From Mobula birostris (taxonomy: Eukaryota), in contig NC_092379.1 of the NCBI RefSeq assembly GCF_030028105.1, forward strand, positions 29,133,821-29,197,820: a stretch of DNA of 64,000 bases. Reading direction: 5' to 3'. The notes beneath the pieces are model-generated. The model worked only from the letters and a program-made list of their open reading frames with translations. It was not told where the DNA came from and ran no database searches. Positions 25,260 through 36,399 of this stretch are shown here, one piece after another. Every line of letters starts with the position of its first letter. Within the stretch, counting starts at the first letter, position 1. A program made the translations under genes and the position numbers.

Positions 25260-27680
25260 GATTGGAGTACTGCGCAGACGCAACAGGTCAGGCAAAGAGA
25301 ATAAAATCCCACTTTCTATAAAAGAAAGGTACTGCCTAGCGGATCAGTTATCGTAGGAGTGATCGACGTCGGAGTAGTCTGGGGCAGAGTAATAATATTT
25401 TGGATCAACAGGGCTTCGGCGGCTACAGGAGGAGACAAGTTAATTAGGTAATTCCATTCCTTATTTCTTACTGAAATCTTGAGAGAATATTGGATGACTT
25501 TTCTAGGTGACAGATGTGGAATTTGCATGGGTAACAAAAACATTATGGACATCAGATATTGGCCTGCAAATAGTAACCAAGATGTAGAGTTGATATTGCA
25601 GAGGGAGATGGAAAATACATATAATAATGATAATGGCACAATTATAATGGCGGACTTCAATATGCAAGGAGATTGGGAAAATTAAGTTGGTGTCGGATCG
25701 TACGAGAGAGGATTTGTAGAATGCCTACAAGATGGTTTTTTAAAGCAGCTTGCACTTGAATCTACTCTGCGAAAAGCTATCTTAGATTGGGTGTTGTGTA
25801 ATAACCCAGATCTTAATTTGGACCCTTGGAGGAGGTTCCTTTCCGATTAGAGGAGAATACTGCCGGCAGATCAGAGATGGCTAAGGTTTCTGGGAATAGT
25901 TCACAAGGCACAGTATAGATATGTCTCCACAGAGGCAAGGGCGGGCAACCTTGGCTGACAAAGGAAGTTAAGGACTGCATCAAAGCCAAGGAAAGGGCAT
26001 ATAAGGTAGCAAAAATCAGTGGGAAGTTGAATGATTGGGAAGCTTTTATAGTCCAAGGAAAGGCGAAAAAAAAGCTATAAAGAGCGGAAGGACGAACAGG
26101 CGTGAGTGCCATTGTTATTACAAAGGAGAAAGTGATAGGAAAACTCAAAGATCTTAAGGTGGATAAGTCATCTGGACCAGATGGACTACATCCCAGATTC
26201 CTGACAGATGTTGCTGAAGAGATAACGGATACATTGGTCGTGATCTTTCAGGAATCACCCGAAAAATGCAAATGTCACCACCGTATAACAAGGGAGGAAA
26301 GCAAAATAAAGGAAATAATTAGCTAGTTACCCTAACCTCAGTGGTGGGAATGAGCTGTTATCTATTATTAAGGATGAGGTTTCGGAGTACTTGGAGACCA
26401 ATGATAAAATAAATCAATATCAACATGGTTTCTGCAAAAGGAAATCTTGTCTAACAAACTTGTTAGAGTTCTTTGAGGAAGTAGCAAGCAAGGTGGATAA
26501 GGGAGAGGCGGCGGAGGTTATTTACTTGGATTTTCAGAAGACGTTCGATAAGGTGCCACACATGACTGCTTAACGAGCTAAACTCCTGTGGCGTTACAGG
26601 AAAGATACTGGCATGGTATCTCAGGCTGACGGAGAGGAAGCAGCGAGTGGGAATAAAAGGGGCCTTTTCTGATTGGCTGCCGGTGACTATGTGTTGCTCC
26701 TCGGAGTCAGTATTGGGACCACTACTTTTCACATTGTTTGTCAGTGATTTAGATAATGGAGTTGATGGCTTTGTGCCAAAGTTTGAGAATGATACGAAGA
26801 TAGGTGGAGGAGTAGAAGTGCCGAGGAAGTAACTCGATTGCAACAGGACAGACAAATTGGAAGAAAGGGTTAAAAAGTGGCAGATGGAACACAGTGTTAG
26901 GAAATGTATGATAACGCATTTTGGTAAAATGAACAATAGTGCAGACCATTATCTAAACAGGGCGAAGTTTTAATCAGCAGTGGTGCAAAGGGACTTTGGA
27001 GTCCTCGTGCAAGACTCCCAGAAAGTTAATTTACAGGTCGGGTCTGCGGTAAAGAATGCAAATACAATGTTGGCACTGATTTCAAGGTTAATAGAATATA
27101 AAAGCAAAGTGATAATTCTGAGCCTTTATAAGACCCTAGTGTATTGTCAACAGTTTTGGGCTCCATATCTCAGAAAGTATGTGCTGTCATTGGCGGAGAT
27201 GTTTACGGGGATGATTCTGGAAATCCAGTGGTTAACATATGAGGAGCGTTTGGCGGCTTTGGGTCTATACTCACAATTTAGAAGCCAGCGGAGAGATCTA
27301 TCGAAACCGAATGCTAAAAGGAGTAGATAGGCTGGATATGGAGAGGATGTTTCCTATTGTAAGGAGTATCCACAACTAAAGGGCAGAGCCTCGTAATTGC
27401 AGGACAATCATTTAGAACGGAGGTAAGGGAGAATCTATTTGGCAGAGAGAAGTGAATCTGTGGAATGGTCTGCCATGGACTATGATGGAGGTCAAGTCCG
27501 TGAGTATATTTCAAGCGGAAGTTGATCATTTCGAGATTGGTCAGAGCGTCAGACGATATGGCGAGAAGGAAAGTGCATGGTGTTGGCTGGGCTCTGGAAT
27601 CAGCCATGATGGAATGGCGGAGCAGACTCGATGGGCTGAATGGTCTAATACTGCTCCTATGTCTTATGGTCTTATGGTCT
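25260..27680 (+). mobile_element. Degenerate CR1 ORF2 to 3' end
   Basis: IMADFN, DKSSGPDGLHPR, QHGFCKRKSCLTNLLEFFEEV, VLGPLLFTLFV and QRDFGVLVQDS; (ATGGTCTT)n-like tail at about 27660. Confidence 0.85.
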
Positions 27681-28310
27681 TACACCCGACAGTGATGCTG
27701 CCAGTTTGAATGCTCTCCGCAAAGGATTTATAGAAATTTGAGAGATTCTTTCGTGACATACCAAATCCCCTTGAAACATACCCATTATCATGCATTCTTT
27801 GTAGCCGTATCGATATGCTGGGCGCAGGATATTGACACCCAGGAAGTTCAAATTGCTGATTTCCCACTTCTGATCTCTCTATAACCAGTGGTGTGTATTA
27901 CTGCTGTTACCATTCTTGAAGTCCACTGATTGAAGTCCACAATCATTTCCTTGGACTTACTGTTGGCGAGTCCAAGTTTGTAGCTGTAAGACACCTCAAC
28001 GAGGTGATATATCTCTCTCCTTGACGCCCTCTCGTCACTATGTGACATTCTTCCAACAATAGTTGTGTCGTCAGCAAACTGATAGATGGTATTTCAGTTG
28101 AGCCTAGCAACACAGTCGTGGGTGTAGAGAGAGGCGGCAGAGAGCTCTCCCTGTTGGGGTCCCAGTGCAACCTATCGAGGACACAACACAGCACATCACG
28201 GAACGCCCCTCCCGAGACTCTATCTATGCCTCTCGCTGCTTCTGTAATATGCCCAGAATAATTAAAGACTTTACTCATTCCAGCCATTCCCTCTTCTGAC
28301 TCTTTTACAT
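27680..28310 (-). mobile_element. Rex1/Babar RT remnant
   Basis: STYTHDCVA, FADDTT.VG and EMIVDF. Confidence 0.7.
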
Positions 28311-29095
28311 TGGCATATGATATAAAGACTGAAATCACGCACCACCTGGCTCAGTGACAACCGTTGTAAGACAATTGCATAGTTCCTTTCTACGAAAAGA
28401 TGTAAATTTTAACCTTATTCTCCCGCGTTCCATCCATTTCTCTCGACCAACATCGTTCTCCGTATCTCATTGCTCTCCAGGTCTCACTCTTTCATTCACT
28501 TACTCCCTCTCTAACCTTCTCTGTCAATTGTACCGCCTTCTTTCCCCTGCCAGATTACTGTTCCTATCTATTTCCCCTTTTGTTCGGATTCTTGCAGTTT
28601 TTTTCTCATTCGCAAAGAATTATCTACGAAAAAGTTGATCTCCACTCCTCGTAGGAAACTGCTATTCCAGTTTCTGAGTGTGCTGTAATTCTTGTCCCTC
28701 GGCCCCTGCAACCTCCAGTAGCCTCTGAGGAATGAGCTGTGTTGTCGCCTGAATGGGATGGTGTTCGATGTTCAACAGGAAATGGTGGGGCGAGGGTGCC
28801 TTCTAATGCGCCTAATATATGCAGGATGAGCCTTTGGCCCGAGCCGACGTCACTCTGCATTAATGAGTGCTGATCCGTGCAAAAATACGCAGCGGAATCG
28901 GGCGCAAAACCGCTGGAGATATTTCAATGGAACCAGTGGCCATTTCTGTCCAAACAACCTGAAATCATGACCGATGTCTTTTGCTACCGAGTTTCGTCTT
29001 CGTAAATCAAACACATGATCCTCTCAAATATTTGGGTGCGCCACTTCCAATCTTCTAGCGAAAGACGTCCTCCAACGACTGCATCACACCACGAC

Positions 29096-29470
29096 ATATT
29101 TTATTGGAAGCCACAGTCTCCTTGCCATGGATTGTTCCCCATAGCACAGAAGTACACGGTGGAGTCTGACAGAAGACCTCTAGAGACATTAAAATGAGCC
29201 ATTTTTCTGCCTCTCTACAAAACAGCGGTAAATCTCACTGGACTTTCTGGAGATCCGGAGGTATATAACTTCAGCAAGTACTTTGGAGTTTCCCCAAGAT
29301 GACAAATGTATCAAACAAAATGCACTGACGCCATTGTAATTATAGATCAGTCCTGCGATTTGTCCTTCCTCAAACGTTAATTCAGGCGATTGCTGAGTCA
29401 CTGAATCTTGCCCACTCGCTCCTTCAAGAAAAGGGCAACCAATATAATCCAAAGAACGGGCGCAACACAT
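29096..29470 (-). pseudogene. TRAV/TRDV: TCR V pseudogene, family A, with leader fused directly to the V exon (intron absent)
   Basis: ATG at 29468-29470 reads in frame MCCARSLDYIGCPFLE-GASGQDSVTQQSPELTFEEG. Cys23 is changed to Tyr, a frameshift follows CDR1, Trp41 is TGA, and STVYFCAMG is retained. RSS is decayed (CAATCCA/23/ATAAAATAT). Confidence 0.88.
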
Positions 29471-30611
29471 GGTGTCGATTGAAAAGCAGCTTACTTCCAA
29501 ATAGTTAATTACGTTCACCGATATTGCAGAATAAGATCAGTCCTGCTACCCGTCTCAGCATGTGTAATACTGAGGCCGTTGTTCAGTCAATCGATTTATT
29601 GGTGTGAACAAAAGCTCCGGTTCCCAATCAGAATTAGTAGTGCCTCACTTCGTCTGCCTGTTTCTGTTAGTCTTTATAACCTATTTTCTCTCGATCCTGC
29701 ACCTTGCGTTGTCTCTCCTACTTCCACTCATCTGCAATCTCACTCACTCATTCTCACGCAGGCAACCAGCTGCCTCGTCCTTTCTCGTCGTCTACCTCTC
29801 TCTCCCTCTTTCAAACAAGCACACAGACAGTATCGCTCCCTGTCCGTACCGCATTGATTCACAGACTGTATCCTCAGTCGCCATGTTCGTCGCCCTAACT
29901 CTTCCTTCTTTTTCTACTTCCACGAGATTTAACTACCTTCGTTTCTCATTCTACTAAACAATTCATCGCTGTCCTTCCTTTTCTCGTTTCCTCCTCTTTG
30001 TCGTTCATTCCCTACGCTTAAAACTTTTCCCTCCCATTCCTGCTCTCTGTCTCGTTCCTTTCCATCCAGCTATTCATTATTTGCTTTTTTTTCATTCTTC
30101 CTATTCCATCGCTCACTACTTTGCACGCTTTCATCCCTCTCCCTTGCAATTTCCTTCACGCTCTCGTCCTCTCTTTCCACATTCTCCTTTTCCATTTCTC
30201 GGGTTCTCTCTGGACCTCCATATTTCACTTCCTTACTCTCCCTCTCTCTCTCTCTCGTTCTCTCTATCCCGCCATACATCATCACAATCTCACCCCATCT
30301 TCCACAGCACTATCGCTCTTTCTGAGAAGGCTATCCACACATAATATACATGTCTCGCCTTCCTCCCCTCCGAGTCCGAAAGTAAGGGACACGCCACTGA
30401 GGACAGAGGGAAATGGGAACGTCTTTGCTCGGCTGTAGTCGGAGCGGGTTAGTGAGGGTATTGAATCATTTGCTGCTCGGCGCGGCAGACTTCAGTAGCG
30501 CCACACCGGGGAGGGTACATTTTTGACAGGGTACCATGAACGGACCTTATTTAATGTTGTGAGTGTGGCTCAGGGCGCCCTCTACAGCGGGAGCCTGCTA
30601 CACTCAGGGTG

Positions 30612-30650
30612 AGTTTTTGTCCTGATCCGCCGTCACCCTGGAGCACTGTG
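30612..30650 (-). other. 23-RSS (CACAGTG 30644-30650, spacer 23, ACAAAAACT 30612-30620)
   Basis: Consensus heptamer, 8/9 nonamer and exact spacer. Confidence 0.95.
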
Positions 30651-31082
30651 GGCTCCACGGCGCAAAGATACAGGGCGGAATCCGGCATGACAGTCTTGGA
30701 AATACTTAAATAAAACCGCTGGCCAGTTTTGTTTAGAGAACCTGAAACCCTGTCCGAAATGCCTTCAGGCCGATCCGTGTCTCCTGTGCTGAATATTGTT
30801 AACAATAGTTTCAGAGATTTTCCAGAATGTTGAGCGTACCAGAAATAGGTTCTGCCCGTTTCCGAGTAGCTGCAGCTCAGCGACGCTGCTTGACCTTCTT
30901 CGATCATTAATTCCTTGCGATCCTGAGTCACGGAGATTGCCGCACTCGTACCTGTCACAAATCCCAGAGTGTGTTAGCGGCGCCGAATCGTGCTGAACAT
31001 GAAAAACACGCGCTAACCGATTAATCAGAGACTCACCAGCGAGAGCAGCCATTAGAATCAGCAACCAATACATGGGAGACAT
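30651..31082 (-). CDS. TRAV/TRDV: Intact TCR alpha/delta-type V segment, family B. Leader exon 31037-31082, intron 30952-31036, V exon 30651-30951
   Basis: MSPMYWLLILMAALA-G-TSAAISVTQDRKELMIEEGQAASLSCSYSETGRTYFWYAQHSGKSLKLLLTIFSTGDTDRPEGISDRVSGSLNKTGQRFYLSISKTVMPDSALYLCAVEP, with canonical splice sites and RSS. Confidence 0.93.
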
Positions 31083-31499
31083 GGTGTCTGCATTACAATC
31101 AATACAATTTATGAAATTGTGACTTGAGGGAAGATAATACCTTCACGTCTGGACCAGCAGAGACTTAATGGGAGACAGGAGGCGTGTCTCTCGCACCTCA
31201 TTTGCCACTTACGCAAGATAAAGGATTATGAAACCAATCAGAACAGGCCTGTGTTAACAAACTCTCTCGGTTTCTCACTCATGGTCCTTCTCGCCCGTCT
31301 TCATCTTGTCGTCAGAACCGTTCGCACATCGCCTCTCCTTCCCTTCTTTCTCTCCCTTAATCAATTTCTCAACTGTTTGCCGACTCTTCTCTCCTTTCTA
31401 TTTTCCCCTCTCTTTTCCTTTCTCATTTGTTCGGAGCCACTTTTACTCGTTTTCCTTTGAAGTAAGCGAGTACTATTCTTTACATCAGTCTTCACTGTG

Positions 31500-33370
31500 G
31501 AAGACAATAGCAGGTGCCAGCTGTTAAACGGTGCGGGGAAGAGAAGTGAAAGCAATTACAAATACAAAGGAGAATCTGTTCAAAATGCCGAAAAATCTAA
31601 GGGTAATAAGTCATCCAAACCAGACGAACTGCACACTGGGTTTCTGTGACAGGTAGCGATAGAGATTGTGGAGGCATTAGTAAAGATCCTTCAAAAATCA
31701 TTGGACTCTGGCATGGTGGCAGAGGACTGGAAAATTACAAATGCCTCTCCACTCTTTAAGGAAGGAGAAAGGCAGAAAAGAAATTATAGACCAGTTAGCT
31801 TGACCCGAGTGACTGGAGTCAATTGTTCAGGATAATTTTATGGAGGACTTGGTGACACCGGGCAAGATAGGACAAAGTCAGCATGGGTTCCTTAAGGGAA
31901 AATCTTGCCTGACGAACCTGATGGAATTTTCTGAGGAGATTACAAGAAGGATAGATTAAAAAAAAAACATGTAATTTGATGTTGTACATTTCCATTTACA
32001 AAAGGCCTTTGACAAGGTGCCACACAGAAGGCTCCTTACCAAAATAAAAGCCCATGTTATTACTGGAATGTTTAGATCATTACATGATTGGTAGGAGACA
32101 GCGAGTAGGAATAAAAGATCTTTATTTCTGATTGGCTGCCAGAGGCTAGTGGTGTTCCTCTGGGGTCGGTGTTGGGCCTTTTCTTTTTATGCTGAATATC
32201 AGTGATTTATAAGATGGAATAAATGGCTTTGTTGCCAAGTTTGCAGATGATGCGAAGATTGGTGGAGGTGCAGGTAGTGTTGAGGAAACAGGTAGGCTGC
32301 AGAAGGACTTAGGCAGATTAGGAGAATGGAAAAGAGAGTGGCAAATGAAATACAAACTTGGATAATGCATGGTCATCACTTTGGTAGAAGAAATAAATGT
32401 GCAGACTATTTCCAAAACGGGGAGAAAATCCAAAACTCTTAGATGCAAAGATGCAAAGGGATTTGCGAGTTCTTGTGCAGAACACCCAGAAGATTAACTT
32501 GCAGGTAGAGTCGGCGGTAAGAAGGCAACAGCACTTTAGCATTCATTTCAAGAGGTGTAGAATCATAAACACACAATAATCTACAGATGCTGGGGTCAAA
32601 GCAACACTCACGACACGCTGGAGGAACTCAGCAGGTCGGGCAGCATCGTTGGAAAAGATCGGTCGACGTTTCGGGTCGGAACCCTTCGTCAGGACCATAG
32701 AGGGAAGGGGCAGAGGCCCTATGAAGAAGGTGGGGGGAGGGTACAGTACAAGATTAGGGATGTGATGCTGACACTTTAAAAGGCAGTGGTGAGGTCTCAC
32801 CTTGTGTATTGTGAACAGCTTTGGGCTCCTCATCTAAGAGAAATATCCTGCCATTGCAGAGAGTTCCGAGGAGGTTTTCAAGGATTATTCGGGGAATGCA
32901 AGGGTTATCATAAGAGGAACTTTGACAATTCTAGGTCTGCACCCACTGGAATATAGAAGAATAAGGAGGGATCTCATTGAAACGTTTCGAATGCTGAATA
33001 TCCGAGACGACAGATATGGAAAGGATGTTTCCTATAGTAGGTGATTCTCGGACAAGAGGGCAGAGCCTCAGGAGAGGGGCCGTCAATTTAAAACAGAGAT
33101 GCAGAAAATTTTCTTTCGCCAGAGGGTGGTGAATTTGTGGAAGTTGTTACCACCTGCAGCTGTGGAGGCCAGATCGTTGAGCGTACTTAAAGCAGAGCTT
33201 GATAGGTCCTTGTTTGGCCATGGCACCAAAGGTTACGAGGAGAAGGCCGGAGAGAGGGGCTGAGGAGGGAGGGAAATGGACCAGTCATGTCTGAATCGCG
33301 GAGCAGACTCGATGACCCAAATGGCCTAATTCTGCTGCTATGTCTTATGGTCTTATGGTCTTTGGTATAT
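31500..33370 (+). mobile_element. Degenerate CR1 RT to 3' end
   Basis: QHGFLKGKSCLTNL, FADDAKIGG and RSHLVYCEQLW, with an (ATGGTCTT)n tail at about 33340-33365. Confidence 0.85.
32660..32697 (-). ncRNA. Minimal type I hammerhead ribozyme within a Penelope-derived insert of about 180 bp (about 32566-32745)
   Basis: Minus strand TGGTC-CTGACGA-A-GGGT(TCCG)ACCC-GAAA-CG-TC^GACCG. Core intact, stem I 5 bp, stem II 4 bp, palindromic ACGT stem III, GUC cleavage triplet. Confidence 0.75.
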
Positions 33371-33964
33371 TTCAAAATGAGCAGGTTTTAACATAGTCTC
33401 TCACTTTTTCGCTCTTGACCGTTCTTGCGCATCTCCTTGTCTGTTTTCACTCATTCTCACCTGTTTTCTAACTCTTTTCCCTTTCGCTCAATCCCTCTCT
33501 TTACCTTTCTCTTTATTGCTTCTCCCTCTTTACTCATTTTCTCCACTCTGTCCTCTCCCTCCCCCTTCCCTCTCGCTTTCCACTTTCCGGCCTCTCCTTG
33601 CTCTACCTTTCTTTGTCTCTTTATCGCTTTTTCTGTCTCTCTAAATTATTTTGCTCTCTCTCTCCCTCTGTCTCTCTCTCTCCCTACTCTCTCTCTCTCT
33701 CTCTCTCACTCACTCTCTCTCTCTGTCTACCTGTCTGTCTCTCTGTCTCTCTCACTCTTCCTCCCACATGCAAGCACACAGCTTCCATAATAATGGCTAC
33801 ACACTGTGACTATGACTATCCCATGGATCAATTACGGGACGACGAATGTTAAAGAATAATGAACGTATCTGGTCTGAAGCAATAGCCAATCTTTCTCCTG
33901 TTGCTAACATTTGTAACTGTCGTTCATCCATCAAGAGTGTGATCGTCATGTCTCGCATACTCAC

Positions 33965-34019
33965 TAATCAGAGTATGGAGCACCGCAAAGATGGTAAAGG
34001 ACAAAGCAGAGACCTCCGT
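33965..34019 (-). pseudogene. Orphan leader-like exon (ACG start) with GTGAGT donor
   Basis: 55 nt, phase 1: (T)EVSALSFTIFAVLHTLI-S. Clearly homologous to 6045-6100. No recognisable V exon follows. Confidence 0.4.
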
Positions 34020-34169
34020 TGTGGTCTGGTTCCCTTATATAAATAGACTAGGTGCAAATTCATGACGAAGTATATACACAGAACCTTCATTTTGGGTGAT
34101 GTGTCTGTCCGTTTAAGGATTTATGTTCGGTGTTTATAGGGCTGAGTGTTTATATACCGAAAAAAAATG

Positions 34170-35860
34170 TCGATTGAACGGTATGGTTCTGGATTTTGAA
34201 TTGTGTAAGGTAAAGGAAACAAGAAGTGTGGTTATGGAAGGTATGACAATTAAAGAAGAGGAAGTACTGGCGCTTTTAAGGAATATAAAAGTGGATAAGT
34301 TCCGGGTCCGGACAAGATATTCCCTTCGATCGTGAGGGAAGTTAGTGCAGAAATAAAAGGGGCTCTGAATGAAATATTTCAAATGTCATTAGAAACGGGG
34401 ATGGTGCCGGAGGATTGACGTATTGCTCATGTGGTTCCATTGTTTAAAAGGGGTTCTAAGAGTAAACCTAGCAATTATCGTCCTGTGAGTTTGACGTCAG
34501 TGGTGGGTAAATTGATGGAAAGTGTTCTTAGAGATGGTATATATAATTATCTGGATAGACGGGTCTGATAAGGAACAGTCAACATGGATTTGTGAGTGGA
34601 AGGTGATGTTTGACAAATCTTACAGAATTTTTTGATGAGGTTACTAAGAAAGTTGATGAGGGTAAAGCAGCGGATGTTGTCTATATGGACTTCAGTGAGG
34701 CCTCTGACAAGGTTCCACGCGGAAGGTTAGTTAGGAAGGTTAAATCGTTAGGCATTAATATGGAAGCAGTAAAATGGATTCAGCAGTGGCTAGATGAGAG
34801 ACGCCAGAGCGTAGTGGTGGATAACTGTGTGTCAGATTGGAGGACGGTGTGTAGCGGTGTGCCTCAGGGATCTGTACTGGGTCCAATGGTGTTTGTCATA
34901 TATATTAATGATCTGGATGATAGGGTGGTAAATTGGATTAGTAAGTCTGCAGATGATACTAAGATAGGTGATGTGTAGATGATGAGGTAGGTTTTCAAAG
35001 CCTGCAGAGACATTTAGGACAGTTAGAAGAGTGGGCTGAAAGATGGCAGATGGAGTTTAATGCTGAAAACTGTGATGTGCTACATTTTGGTTGGACTAAT
35101 ATAAATAGGACATGCATGGTAAATGGTAGGGCATTGAAGAATTCTGTAGAACAGAGGGATCTAGGAATAATGGTGCATAGTTCCCTGAAGGTGGAATCTC
35201 ATGTGGATAGGGTGGTGAAGAAAGCTTTTGGTATGCTGGCCTTTATTAATCAGAGCATTGAGTATAGGAGTTGGGATGTAATGCTGAAATTGTATAAGGC
35301 ATTGGTAAGGCCAAATTTGGAGTATTGTGAAGAGTTCTGGTCACCGAATTGAGAGAGTATGGAGGAGGTTTACTAAAATGTTGCCTGGGTTTCATCTCCT
35401 AAGTTACAGAGAAAGGTTGAACAAGTTAGGTCTTTATTCTCTGGAGCTTAGAAGGTTGAGGGGGGACTTGATAGAGGTGTTGAAAATTATGAGGGGGATT
35501 GATAGAGTTGACGTGGATAGGCTTTTTCCATTGAGAGTGGGGAAGATTCAAACAAGAGGACATGAGTTGAGAGTTAAAGGAGAAAAGTTTAGAGGTAACA
35601 TGAGGGGGACCTTCTTTACTCAGAGAGTGGTAGCTGTGTGGAATGAGCTTCCAGCAGAAGTGGTTGAGGCAGGTTCGATGTTGTCGTTTAAAGTAAAATT
35701 GGATAGTTATATGGACAGGAAAGGAATAGAGGGTTATGGGCTGAGTGCAGGTCGGTGGGACTAGGTGAGAGTGAGGGTTCGGCACGGACTAGAAGGGCCG
35801 AGATGGCCTGTCTCCGTGCTGTAATTGTTAGATGGTCATATGGTTATATGGATTGGAGAT
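34170..35860 (+). mobile_element. 5'-truncated CR1 (RT to 3' end)
   Basis: LTEFFDEVTKKVDEG, VPQGSVLGP, SADDTKIG, RPNLEYC and LRGDLIEV. Confidence 0.9.
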
Positions 35861-35999
35861 TAGCTGGATAAGTATAGTTGGACATACAGGATATTGAGAG
35901 GATTTTAGAGGATAACTGCCGAGTGGACACTTCGCCTGGTGAACAGAATCAAGACAAAGCAATGTCGATAAGTTTGTGACACTCTGACTTCAGAAGAAG

Positions 36000-36135
36000 G
36001 GCAATAATTCCCGTCGTCAATCAGAATGGGATTTGCTTCCGTATGTGTGTTTGTCTCCATTTGTCTTTGTAGCCCATTCTCTCTCGATCTTCTCCGACCG
36101 TTCTCTCTTCTACTTTCACTCATTTACAATCATTA
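36000..36135 (-). promoter_or_regulatory. Orphan family A V upstream/promoter region
   Basis: Aligns by eye with 3355-3480 upstream of the intact family A V (CAGAATGGG.TTTG.TT...TTGTCTTTG.A.CC.ATT.TCTCTCGAT...CACTCATTTACAATC). Confidence 0.5.
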
Positions 36136-36177
36136 CCAAGCACTCTGCTCTCTGCCATTCAGCTTCTGTTCTACGAG

Positions 36178-36240
<63 letters not shown>

Positions 36241-36399
36241 TCTCATCATCTCTCCCTGCCTCTCCAGCATTTCTTCACAGCCTCTGTACTCTTTACCTAT
36301 ATCTCCCATTCAAAGTCTCCCTCCCTTTTCAATTTGGCGAAGTGCACAGACTCAGTAGCTCATCATCGCGCAAGGCGGCTGAGGAGGATCCAGGATAAA

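Noticed and set aside
33802-33808. Perfect CACAGTG heptamer downstream of the orphan leader
   Set aside because: No nonamer at 12 or 23 nt and no V coding end in front of it.
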